From Azolla caroliniana (Eukaryota; Plantae; Polypodiophyta), in NCBI GenBank assembly GCA_043228905.1, contig JBHGNT010000008.1, forward strand, positions 310,001-374,000: a stretch of DNA of 64,000 bases, read 5' to 3'. The notes beneath the pieces were generated by a model, which had not been told where the DNA came from, did no database searches, and was given only the letters and a program-made list of their open reading frames with translations. Positions within the stretch are counted from its first letter, which is position 1; each line of letters starts with the position of its first letter. Below, one piece after another: positions 15,001 through 28,500 of the stretch. Position numbers and translations under genes: made by a program.

Positions 15001-18000
15001 CGATTCGTATGTTTGAACACTAAAATCCGATATCACATGGGCCAGGTATGAACATTTTGATTTACTCTCGGGCTCTTCTCAACTCCCTCCTCAAATTTGG
15101 TAATTTCTTCATGTCTCTCGACGTGAGTTTCAAAAGCTTGATTTTTTAATTCCATATCATAGGTAGCTTTGTTAGCTTCGATTCGCATATTTGAACACTA
15201 AAATCCGATATCACATGGGCCAGGTATGAACATTTTAATTTACTCTCGGGCTCCTCTCTACTCCCTCCTCTAATTTGGGAATGTCTTCATGTCTCTCGAC
15301 CTGAGTTTCAAAATCTTGATTTTTTAATTGCATATCATAGCTAGCCTTGTTAGCTTCGATTCGTATGTTTGAACACTAAAATCCGATATCACGTGGGCCA
15401 GGTATGAACATTTTAATTAACTCTCGGGCTCTTCTCAACTCCCTCCTCAAATTGGGTAATTTCTTCATGTCTCTCGACCTGAGTTTCAAAATCTTGATTT
15501 TTTAATTCCATATCATAGCTAGCCTTGTTAGCTTCGATTCGTATGTTTGAACACTAACATCCGATATCACATGGGCCAGGTATGAACATTTTGATTTACT
15601 CTCGGGCTCTTCTCAACTCCCTCCTCAAATTTGGTAATTTCTTCATGTCTCTCGACCTGAGTTTCAAAACCTTAATTTTTTAGTTCCATATCATAGCTAG
15701 CCTTGTTAGCTTCGATTCGTATGGTTGAACATTAAAATCCGATATCACGTGGGCCAGGTATGAACATTTTAATTAACTCTCGGGCTCTTCTCAACTCCCT
15801 CCTCAAATTGGGTAATTTCTTCATGTCTCTCGACCTGAGTTTCAAAATCTTGATTTTTTATATCCATATCATAGCTTGCGTTGTTAGCTTCGATTCCAAT
15901 GTTTAAACACTAAAATCCGATATCACATTGGCCAAGTCTAAACATTTTAATTTACTCTCGGGCTCTTCTCTACTCCCTCCTCTAATTCGGGAATTTCTTC
16001 ATGTCTCTCGACCTGAGTTTCAAAACCTTAATTTTTTAATTCCATATCATAGCTAGCCTTGTTAGCTTCGATTCGTATGGTTGAACATTAAAATCCGATA
16101 TCACATGTGCCAGGTATGAACATTTTAATTTGCTCTCGGGCTCTTCTCAACTGCCTCTTCAAATTTGGTAATTTCTTCATGTCTCTCGACGTGAGTTTTA
16201 AAATCTTGATTTTTTAATTCCATATCATAGGTAGCTTGGTTAGCTTTAATTCGCATGGCTGAACAATAAAATCCGATATCACATGGGCCAGGTATAAACA
16301 TTTTAATTTACTCTCGGCCTCTTCTCTACTCCCTCCTCTAATTTGGTAATTTCTTTATGTCTCTCGACCTGAGTTTCAAAACCTTGATTTTTTAATTCCA
16401 TATCATAGCTAGCCTTGTTAGCTTCGATTCGTATGTTTGAACACTAAAATCCGATATCACATGGGCCAGGTATGAACATTTTGATTTACTCTCGGGCTCT
16501 TCTCAACTCCCTCCTCAAATTTGGTAATTTCTTCATGTCTCTCGACGTGAGTTTCAAAAGCTTGATTTTTTAATTCCATATCATAGGTAGCTTTGTTAGC
16601 TTCGATTCGCATATTTGAACACTAAAATCCGATATCACATGGGCCAGGTATGAACATTTTAATTTACTCTCGGGCTCCTCTCTACTCCCTCCTCTAATTT
16701 GGGAATGTCTTCATGTCTCTCGACCTGAGTTTCAAAATCTTGATTTTTTAATTGCATATCATAGCTAGCCTTGTTAGCTTCGATTCGTATGTTTGAACAC
16801 TAAAATCCGATATCACGTGGGCCAGGTATGAACATTTTAATTAACTCTCGGGCTCTTCTCAACTCCCTCCTCAAATTGGGTAATTTCTTCATGTCTCTCG
16901 ACCTGAGTTTCAAAATCTTGATTTTTTAATTCCATATCATAGCTAGCCTTGTTAGCTTCGATTCGTATGTTTGAACACTAAAATCCGATATCACATGGGC
17001 CAGGTATGAACATTTTGATTTACTCTCGGGCTCTTCTCAACTCCCTCCTCAAATTTGGTAATTTCTTCATGTCTCTCGACCTGAGTTTCAAAACCTTAAT
17101 TTTTTAGTTCCATATCATAGCTAGCCTTGTTAGCTTCGATTCGTATGGTTGAACATTAAAATCCGATATCACGTGGGCCAGGTATGAACATTTTAATTAA
17201 CTCTCGGGCTCTTCTCAACTCCCTCCTCAAATTGGGTAATTTCTTCACGTCTCTCGACCTGAGTTTCAAAATCTTGATTTTTTATATCCATATCATAGCT
17301 TGCGTTGTTAGCTTCGATTCCAATGTTTAAACACTAAAATCCGATATCACATTGGCCAAGTCTAAACATTTTAATTTACTCTCGGGCTCTTCTCTACTCC
17401 CTCCTCTAATTCGGGAATTTCTTCATGTCTCTCGACCTGAGTTTCAAAATCTTGATTTTTGAATTCCATAACATAGCTCGCATTGTTAGCTTCGATTCGT
17501 ATGTTTGAACACTAAAATCCGATATCACATGGGCCAGGTATGAACATTTTAATTTACTCTCGGGCACTTCTCAACTCCATCCTCAAATTTGGTAATTTCT
17601 TCATGTCTCTCGACGTGAGTTTCAAAACCTTGATATTTTAATTCCATATCATAGGGAGCTTTGTTAGCTTCGATTCGCATATTTGAACACTAAAATCCGA
17701 TATCACATGGGCCAAGTATGAACATTTTAATTTACTCTCGGGCTCCTCTCTACTCCCTCCTCTAATTTGGGAATGTCTTCATGTCTCTCGACCTGAGTTT
17801 CAAAATCCTGATTTTTTAATTCCATATCATAGGTACCTTTGTTAGCATCGATTCGCATGTTTGAACACTAAAATCCAATATCACATGGGCCAGGTATGAA
17901 CATTTTAATTTACTCTCGGCCTCTTCTCTACTCCCTCCTCTAATTTAGTAATTTCTTCATGTCTCTCGACCTGAGTTTCAAAACCTTGATTTTTTAATTC

Positions 18001-20700
18001 CATATCATAGCTACCCTTGTTAGCTTCGATTCGTATGTTTGAACACTAAAATCCGATATCACGTGGGCCAGGTATGAACATTTTAATTTACTCTCGGGCT
18101 CTTCTCAACTCCCTCCTCAAATTGGGTAATTTCTTCATGTCTCTCGACCTGAGTTTCAAAATCTTGACTTTTTAATTCCATAACATTGCTCGCATTGTTA
18201 ACTTCGATTCGCATATTTGAACACTAAAATCCGATATCACATGGGCCAGGTATGAACATTTTAATTTACTCTCGGCCTCTTCTCTACTCCCTCCTCTAAT
18301 TTGGTAATTTCTTCTTGTATCTCGACCTGACTTTCAAAATCTTAATTTTTGAATTCCATAACATGGCTCGTATTGTTATCTTCGTTTCGCATATTTAAAC
18401 ACTAAAATCTGATATCAGATGGGCCAGGTATGAACATTTTAATTTAATCTCGGGCTCCTCTCTACTCCCTCCTCTAATTTGGGAATGTCTTCATATCTGT
18501 CGACCTGACTTTCAAAATCTGGATTTTTTAATTCCATATCATAGGTACCTTTGTTAGCTTCGATTCGCATATTTGAACACTAAAATCCGATATCACATGG
18601 GCCAGGTATGAACATTTTAATTTACTCTCGGCCTCTTCTCTACTCCCTCCTCTAATTTGGTAATTTCTTCATGTCTCTCGACCTGAGTTTCAAAACCTTG
18701 ATTTTTTAATTCCATATCATAGCTAGCCTTGTTAGCTTGGATTCGTATGTTTGAACACTAAAATCCGATATCACATGGGCCAGGTATGAACATTTTAATT
18801 TACTCTCGGCCTCTTCTCTACTCCCTCCTCTAATTTGGTAATTTCTTCATGTCTCTCGACCTGAGTTTCAAAACCTTGATTTTTTAATTCCATATCATAG
18901 CTAGCCTTGTTAGCTTCAATTCGTATGTTTGAACACTAAAGTCCGATATCACATGTGCCAGGTATAAACATTTTAATTTACTCTCGGGCTCTTCTCTACT
19001 CCCTCCTCTAATTTGGTAATTTCTTCATGTCTCTCGATCTGAGTTTTCAAAACCTTGATTTTTTAGTTCCATATCATAGCTAGCCTTGTTAGCTTCGATT
19101 CGTATGGTTGAACACTAAAATCCGATATCACATGTGCCAGGTATGAACATTTTAATTTGCTCTCGGGCTCTTCTCAACTGCCTCTTCAAATTTGGTAATT
19201 TCTTCATGTCTCTCGACGTGAGTTTTAAAATCTTGATTTTTTAATTCCATATCATAGGTAGCTTGGTTAGTTTTAATTCGCATGGCTGAACAATAAAATC
19301 CGATATCACATGGGCCAGGTATGAACATTTTAATTTACTCTCGGCCTCTTCTCTACTCCCTGCTCTAATTTGGTAATTTCTTTATGTCTCTCGACCTGAG
19401 TTTCAAAACCTTGATTTTTTAATTCCAAATAATAGCTAGCCTTGTTAGCTTCGATTCGTATGTTTGAACACTAAAATCCGATATCACATGGTCCAGGTAT
19501 GAACATTTTAATTTACTCTCGGGCTCTTCTCAACTCCCTCCTCAAATTTGGTAATTTCTTCATGTCTCTCGACGTGAGTTTCAAAAGCTTGATTTTTTAA
19601 TTCCATATCATAGGTAGCTTGGTTAGCTTCGATTCGCATATTTGAACACTAAAATCCGATATCACATTGGCCAAGTCTAAACATTTTAATTTACTCTCGG
19701 GCTCTTCTCTACTCCCTCCTCTGATTCGGGAATTTCTTCATGTCTCTCGACCTGAGTTTCAAAATCTTGATTTTCGAATTCCATAACATAACTCGCATTT
19801 TTAGCTTCGATTCTCATATTTGAACACTAAAATCCGATATCACATGGGCCAGGTATGAACATTTTAATTTACTCTCGGGCTCCTCTCTACTCCCTCCTCT
19901 AATGTGGGAATGTCTTCATGTCTCTCGACCTGAGTTTCAAAATCTTGATTTTTTAATTGCATATCATAGCTAGCCTTGTTAGCTTCGATTCGTATGTTTG
20001 AACACTAAAATCCGATATCACGTGGGCCAGGTATGAACATTTTAATTAACTCTCGGGCTCTTCTCAACTCCCTCCTCAAATTGGGTAATTTCTTCATGTC
20101 TCTCGACCTGAGTTTCAAAATCTTGATTTTTTAATTCCATATCATAGCTAGCCTTGTTAGCTTCGATTCGTATGTTTGAACACTAAAATCCGATATCACA
20201 TGGGCCAGGTATGAACATTTTGATTTACTCTCGGGCTCTTCTCAACTCCCTCCTCAAATTTGGTAATTTCTTCATGTCTCTCGACCTGAGTTTCAAAACC
20301 TTAATTTTTTAGTTCCATATCATAGCTAGCCTTGTTAGCTTCGATTCGTATGGGTTAACATTAAAATCCGATATCACGTGGGCCAGGTATGAACATTTTA
20401 ATTAACTCTCGGGCTCTTCTCAACTCCCTCCTCAAATTGGGTAATTTCTTCATGTCTCTCGACCTGAGTTTCAAAATCTTGATTTTTTATATCCATATCA
20501 TAGCTTGCGTTGTTAGCTTCGATTCCAATGTTTAAACACTAAAATCCGATATCACATTGGCCAAGTCTAAACATTTTAATTTACTCTCGGGCTCTTCTCT
20601 ACTCCCTCCTCTAATTCGGGAATTTCTTCATGTCTCTCGACCTGAGTTTCAAAATCTTGATTTTTGAATTCCATAACATAGCTCGCATTGTTAGCTTCGA
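1..20700 (+). repeat. Patchwork satellite domain with irregular multi-monomer block duplications
   Basis: Marker ATATCC (in TTTTTTATATCC) at 3931, 13902, 15860, 17284 and 20489; the later spacings are 11, 8 and 18 monomers. Marker TTTTAAGAGC at 7301, 8012, 9790 and 11747. Block 1-1260 recurs at ~10330-11590. Confidence 0.85.
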
Positions 20701-21499
20701 TTCGTATGTTTGAACACTAAAATCCGATATCACCTGGGCCAGGTATGAACATTTTAATTTACTCTCGGCCTCTTCTCTACTCCCTCCTCTAATTTGGTAA
20801 TTTCTTCATGTCTCTCGACATGAGTTTCAAAACCTTGTTTTTTGAATTCCATAACATAGCTCGTATTGTTAGCTTCGATTCGCATATTTAAACACTAAAA
20901 TCCGATATCAGATGGGCCAGGTATGAACATTTTAATTTAATCTCGAGCTCCTCTCTACTCCCTCCTCTAATTTGGGAATGTCTTCATATCTCTCGACCTG
21001 AGTTTCAAAATCTTGATTTTTTAATTCCATGTCATTGGTAGCTTTGTTAGCTTCAATTCGCATATTGGGTAATGTCTTCATGTCTCTCGACGTGAGTTTC
21101 GAAAGCTTGATTTTTTAATTCCATGTCATAGGTAGCTTTGTTAGCTTCGATTCGCATATTTGAACACTAAAATCCGATATCACATGGGCCAGGTATGAAC
21201 ATTTTAATTTACTCTCGGGCTCCTCTCTACTCCGTCCTCTAATTTGGGAATGTCTTCATGTCTCTTGACCTGAGTTTCAAAATCTTGATTATTTAATTCG
21301 ATATCATAGGTAGCTTTGTTAGCTTCGATTCGCATGTTTGAACACTAAAATCCGATATCAAATGGGCCAGGTATGAACATTTTAATTTACTCTCGGCTTC
21401 TTCTCTACTCCCTCCTCTAATTTGGTAATTTCTTCATGTCTCTCGACCTGAGTTTCAAAACCTTGATTTTTTAATTCCACATCATAGCTAGCCTTGTTA

Positions 21500-24400
21500 G
21501 CTTCGATTCGTATGTTTGAACACTAAAATCCGATATCACATGGGCCAGGTATGAACATTTTAATTTACTCTCGGCCTCTTCTCTACTCCCTCCTCTAATT
21601 TGGTAATTCCTTCATGTCTCTCGACCTGAGTTTCAAAACCTTGTTTTTTGAATTCCATAACATAGCTCGTATTGTTAGCTTCGATTCGCATATTTAAACA
21701 CTAAAATCCGATATCAGATGGGCCAGGTATGAACATTTTAATTTAATCTCGAGCTCCTCTCTACTCCCTCCTCTAATTTGGGAATGTCTTCATATCTCTC
21801 GACCTGAGTTTCAAAATCTTGATTTTTTAATTCCATGTCATTGGTAGCTTTGTTAGCTTCAATTCGCATATTGGGTAATGTCTTCATGTCTCTCGACGTG
21901 AGTTTCGAAAGCTTGATTTTTTAATTCCATGTCATAGGTAGCTTTGTTAGCTTCGATTCGCATATTTGAACACTAAAATCCGATATCACATGGGCCAGGT
22001 ATGAACATTTTAATTTACTCTCGGGCTCCTCTCTACTCCGTCCTCTAATTTGGGAATGTCTTCATGTCTCTTGACCTGAGTTTCAAAATCTTGATTATTT
22101 AATTCGATATCATAGGTAGCTTTGTTAGCTTCGATTCGCATGTTTGAACACTAAAATCCGATATCAAATGGGCCAGGTATGAACATTTTAATTTACTCTC
22201 GGCTTCTTCTCTACTCCCTCCTCTAATTTGGTAATTTCTTCATGTCTCTCGACCTGAGTTTCAAAACCTTGATTTTTTAATTCCACATCATAGCTAGCCT
22301 TGTTAGCTTCGAGTCGTATGTTTGAACACTAAAATCCGATATCACATGGGCCAGGTATGAACATTTTAATTTACTCTCGGCCTCTTCTCTACTCCCTCCT
22401 CTAATTTGGTAATTTCTTCATGTCTCTCGACCTGAGTTTCAAAACCATGATTTTTTAATTCCATATCATAGCTAGCCTTGTTAGCTTCGATTCGTATGTT
22501 TGAACATTAAAATCCGATATCACATGGGCGAGGTATGAACATTTTCATTTACTCTCGGCCTCTTCTCTACTCCCTCCTCTAATTTGGTAATTTCTTCACG
22601 TCTCTCGACCTGAGTTTCAAAACCTTGATTTTTTAATTCGATATCATAGCTAGCCTTGTTAGCTTCGATTCGTATGTTTGAACACTAAAATCCGATATCA
22701 CATGGGCCAGGTATGAACATTTTAATTTACTCTCGGGCTCTTCTCAACTCCCTCCTCAAATCTAGTACTTTCTTCATGTCTCTCGACGTGAGTTTCAAAA
22801 GCTTAATTTTTTAATTCCATATCATAGGTAGCTTTGTTAGCTTCGATTTGCATATTTGAACACTAAAATCCGATATCACATGGGCCAGGTATGAACATTT
22901 TAATTTACTCTCGGGCTCCTCTCTACTCCCTCCTCTAATTTGGGAATGTCTTCATGTCTCTCGACCTGACTTTCAAAATCTTGATTTTCGAATTCCATAA
23001 CATAGCTCGCATTGTTAGCTTTGATTCGCATATTTGAACACTAAAATCCGATATCACATGGGCCAGGTATGAACATTTTAATTTACTCTCGGCCTCTTCT
23101 CTACTCCCTCCTCTAATTTGGTAATTTCTTCATGTCTCTCGACCTGAGTTTCAAAACCTTGATTTTTTCATTCCATATCATAGCTAGCCTTGTTAGCTTC
23201 AATTCGCATGTTTGAACACTAAAATCCGATATCACATGGGCCAGGTATGAACATTTTAATTTACTCTCGGCCTCTTCTCTACTCCCTCCTCTAATTTGGT
23301 AATTTCTTCATGTCTCTCGACCTGAGTTTCAAAACCTTGATTTTTTAATTCGATATCATAGCTAGCCTTGTTAGCTTCGATTCGTATGTTTGAACACTAA
23401 AATCCGATATCACATGGGCCAGGTATGAACATTTTAATTTACTCTCGGGCTCCTCTCTACTCCCTCCTCTAATTTGGGAATGTCTTCATGTCTCTCGACC
23501 TGACTTTCAAAATCTTGATTTTCGAATTTCATAACATAGCTCGCATTGTTAGCTTTGATTCGCATATTTCAACACTAAAATCCGATATCACATGGGCCAG
23601 GTATGAACATTTTAATTTACTCTCGGCCTCTTCTCTACTCCCTCCTCTAATTTGGTAATTTCTTCATGTCTCTCGACCTGAGTTTCAAAACCTTGATTTT
23701 TTCATTCCATATCATAGCTAGCCTTGTTAGCTTCAATTCGCATGTTTGAACACTAAAATCCGATATCACATGGGCCAGGTATGAACATTTTAATTTACTC
23801 TCGGCCTCTTCTCTACTCCCTCCTCTAATTTGGTAATTTCTTCATGTCTCTCGACCTGAGTTTCAAAACCTTGATTTTTTCATTCCATATCATAGCTAGC
23901 CTTGTTAGCTTCAATTCGCATGTTTGAACACTAAAATCCGATATCACATGGGCCAGGTATGAACATTTTAATTTACTCTCGGCCTCTTCTCTACTCCCTC
24001 CTCTCATTTGGTAATTTCTTCATGTCTCTCGACCTGAGTTTCAAAACCTTGATTTTTTCATTCCATATCATAGCTAGCCTTGTTAGCTTCAATTCGCATG
24101 TTTGAACACTAAAATCCGATATCACATGGGCCAGGTATGAACATTTTAATTTACTCTCGGCCTCTTCTCTACTCCCTCCTCTAATTTGGTAATTCCTTCA
24201 TGTCTCTCGACCTGAGTTTCAAAACCTTGTTTTTTGAATTCCATAACATAGCTCGTATTGTTAGCTTCGATTCGCATATTTAAACACTAAAATCCGATAT
24301 CAGATGGGCCAGGTATGAACATTTTAATTTAATCTCGAGCTCCTCTCTACTCCCTCCTCTAATTTGGGAATGTCTTCATATCTCTCGACCTGAGTTTCAA

Positions 24401-27400
24401 AATCTTGATTTTTTAATTCCATGTCATTGGTAGCTTTGTTAGCTTCAATTCGCATATTGGGTAATGTCTTCATGTCTCTCGACGTGAGTTTCGAAAGCTT
24501 GATTTTTTAATTCCATGTCATAGGTAGCTTTGTTAGCTTCGATTCGCATATTTGAACACTAAAATCCGATATCACATGGGCCAGGTATGAACATTTTAAT
24601 TTACTCTCGGGCTCCTCTCTACTCCGTCCTCTAATTTGGGAATGTCTTCATGTCTCTTGACCTGAGTTTCAAAATCTTGATTATTTAATTCGATATCATA
24701 GGTAGCTTTGTTAGCTTCGATTCGCATGTTTGAACACTAAAATCCGATATCAAATGGGCCAGGTATGAACATTTTAATTTACTCTCGGCTTCTTCTCTAC
24801 TCCCTCCTCTAATTTGGTAATTTCTTCATGTCTCTCGACCTGAGTTTCAAAACCTTGATTTTTTAATTCCACATCATAGCTAGCCTTGTTAGCTTCGATT
24901 CGTATGTTTGAACACTAAAATCCGATATCACATGGGCCAGGTATGAACATTTTAATTTACTCTCGGCCTCTTCTCTACTCCCTCCTCTAATTTGGTAATT
25001 TCTTCATGTCTCTCGACCTGAGTTTCAAAACCATGATTTTTTAATTCCATATCATAGCTAGCCTTGTTAGCTTCGATTCGTATGTTTGAACATTAAAATC
25101 CGATATCACATGGGCGAGGTATGAACATTTTCATTTACTCTCGGCCTCTTCTCTACTCCCTCCTCTAATTTGGTAATTTCTTCACGTCTCTCGACCTGAG
25201 TTTCAAAACCTTGATTTTTTAATTCGATATCATAGCTAGCCTTGTTAGCTTCGATTCGTATGTTTGAACACTAAAATCCGATATCACATGGGCCAGGTAT
25301 GAACATTTTAATTTACTCTCGGGCTCTTCTCAACTCCCTCCTCAAATCTAGTACTTTCTTCATGTCTCTCGACGTGAGTTTCAAAAGCTTAATTTTTTAA
25401 TTCCATATCATAGGTAGCTTTGTTAGCTTCGATTTGCATATTTGAACACTAAAATCCGATATCACATGGGCCAGGTATGAACATTTTAATTTACTCTCGG
25501 GCTCCTCTCTACTCCCTCCTCTAATTTGGGAATGTCTTCATGTCTCTCGACCTGACTTTCAAAATCTTGATTTTCGAATTCCATAACATAGCTCGCATTG
25601 TTAGCTTTGATTCGCATATTTGAACACTAAAATCCGATATCACATGGGCCAGGTATGAACATTTTAATTTACTCTCGGCCTCTTCTCTACTCCCTCCTCT
25701 AATTTGGTAATTTCTTCATGTCTCTCGACCTGAGTTTCAAAACCTTGATTTTTTCATTCCATATCATAGCTAGCCTTGTTAGCTTCAATTCGCATGTTTG
25801 AACACTAAAATCCGATATCACATGGGCCAGGTATGAACATTTTAATTTACTCTCGGCCTCTTCTCTACTCCCTCCTCTAATTTGGTAATTTCTTCATGTC
25901 TCTCGACCTGAGTTTCAAAACCTTGATTTTTTAATTCGATATCATAGCTAGCCTTGTTAGCTTCGATTCGTATGTTTGAACACTAAAATCCGATATCACA
26001 TGGGCCAGGTATGAACATTTTAATTTACTCTCGGGCTCCTCTCTACTCCCTCCTCTAATTTGGGAATGTCTTCATGTCTCTCGACCTGACTTTCAAAATC
26101 TTGATTTTCGAATTTCATAACATAGCTCGCATTGTTAGCTTTGATTCGCATATTTCAACACTAAAATCCGATATCACATGGGCCAGGTATGAACATTTTA
26201 ATTTACTCTCGGCCTCTTCTCTACTCCCTCCTCTAATTTGGTAATTTCTTCATGTCTCTCGACCTGAGTTTCAAAACCTTGATTTTTTCATTCCATATCA
26301 TAGCTAGCCTTGTTAGCTTCAATTCGCATGTTTGAACACTAAAATCCGATATCACATGGGCCAGGTATGAACATTTTAATTTACTCTCGGCCTCTTCTCT
26401 ACTCCCTCCTCTAATTTGGTAATTTCTTCATGTCTCTCGACCTGAGTTTCAAAACCTTGATTTTTTCATTCCATATCATAGCTAGCCTTGTTAGCTTCAA
26501 TTCGCATGTTTGAACACTAAAATCCGATATCACATGGGCCAGGTATGAACATTTTAATTTACTCTCGGCCTCTTCTCTACTCCCTCCTCTCATTTGGTAA
26601 TTTCTTCATGTCTCTCGACCTGAGTTTCAAAACCTTGATTTTTTCATTCCATATCATAGCTAGCCTTGTTAGCTTCAATTCGCATGTTTGAACACTAAAA
26701 TCCGATATCACATGGGCCAGGTATGAACATTTTAATTTACTCTCGGCCTCTTCTCTACTCCCTCCTCTAATTTGGTAATTCCTTCATGTCTCTCGACCTG
26801 AGTTTCAAAACCTTGTTTTTTGAATTCCATAACATAGCTCGTATTGTTAGCTTCGATTCGCATATTTAAACACTAAAATCCGATATCAGATGGGCCAGGT
26901 ATGAACATTTTAATTTAATCTCGAGCTCCTCTCTACTCCCTCCTCTAATTTGGGAATGTCTTCATATCTCTCGACCTGAGTTTCAAAATCTTGATTTTTT
27001 AATTCCATGTCATTGGTAGCTTTGTTAGCTTCAATTCGCATATTGGGTAATGTCTTCATGTCTCTCGACGTGAGTTTCGAAAGCTTGATTTTTTAATTCC
27101 ATGTCATAGGTAGCTTTGTTAGCTTCGATTCGCATATTTGAACACTAAAATCCGATATCACATGGGCCAGGTATGAACATTTTAATTTACTCTCGGGCTC
27201 CTCTCTACTCCGTCCTCTAATTTGGGAATGTCTTCATGTCTCTTGACCTGAGTTTCAAAATCTTGATTATTTAATTCGATATCATAGGTAGCTTTGTTAG
27301 CTTCGATTCGCATGTTTGAACACTAAAATCCGATATCAAATGGGCCAGGTATGAACATTTTAATTTACTCTCGGCTTCTTCTCTACTCCCTCCTCTAATT

Positions 27401-28500
27401 TGGTAATTTCTTCATGTCTCTCGACCTGAGTTTCAAAACCTTGATTTTTTAATTCCACATCATAGCTAGCCTTGTTAGCTTCGATTCGTATGTTTGAACA
27501 CTAAAATCCGATATCACATGGGCCAGGTATGAACATTTTAATTTACTCTCGGCCTCTTCTCTACTCCCTCCTCTAATTTGGTAATTTCTTCATGTCTCTC
27601 GACCTGAGTTTCAAAACCATGATTTTTTAATTCCATATCATAGCTAGCCTTGTTAGCTTCGATTCGTATGTTTGAACATTAAAATCCGATATCACATGGG
27701 CGAGGTATGAACATTTTCATTTACTCTCGGCCTCTTCTCTACTCCCTCCTCTAATTTGGTAATTTCTTCACGTCTCTCGACCTGAGTTTCAAAACCTTGA
27801 TTTTTTAATTCGATATCATAGCTAGCCTTGTTAGCTTCGATTCGTATGTTTGAACACTAAAATCCGATATCACATGGGCCAGGTATGAACATTTTAATTT
27901 ACTCTCGGGCTCTTCTCAACTCCCTCCTCAAATCTAGTACTTTCTTCATGTCTCTCGACGTGAGTTTCAAAAGCTTAATTTTTTAATTCCATATCATAGG
28001 TAGCTTTGTTAGCTTCGATTTGCATATTTGAACACTAAAATCCGATATCACATGGGCCAGGTATGAACATTTTAATTTACTCTCGGGCTCCTCTCTACTC
28101 CCTCCTCTAATTTGGGAATGTCTTCATGTCTCTCGACCTGACTTTCAAAATCTTGATTTTCGAATTCCATAACATAGCTCGCATTGTTAGCTTTGATTCG
28201 CATATTTGAACACTAAAATCCGATATCACATGGGCCAGGTATGAACATTTTAATTTACTCTCGGCCTCTTCTCTACTCCCTCCTCTAATTTGGTAATTTC
28301 TTCATGTCTCTCGACCTGAGTTTCAAAACCTTGATTTTTTCATTCCATATCATAGCTAGCCTTGTTAGCTTCAATTCGCATGTTTGAACACTAAAATCCG
28401 ATATCACATGGGCCAGGTATGAACATTTTAATTTACTCTCGGCCTCTTCTCTACTCCCTCCTCTAATTTGGTAATTTCTTCATGTCTCTCGACCTGAGTT
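21500..28500 (+). repeat. Higher-order repeat, 2586-bp period (14 full monomers plus one 94-bp truncated monomer), ~2.7 copies
   Basis: Junction CATATTGGGTAATG at 21867, 24453 and 27039. Marker GGGCGAGG with C at 22529, 25115 and 27701. Identical ORFs at 23825 and 26411. All spacings are 2586 = 14x178+94. Confidence 0.92.
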
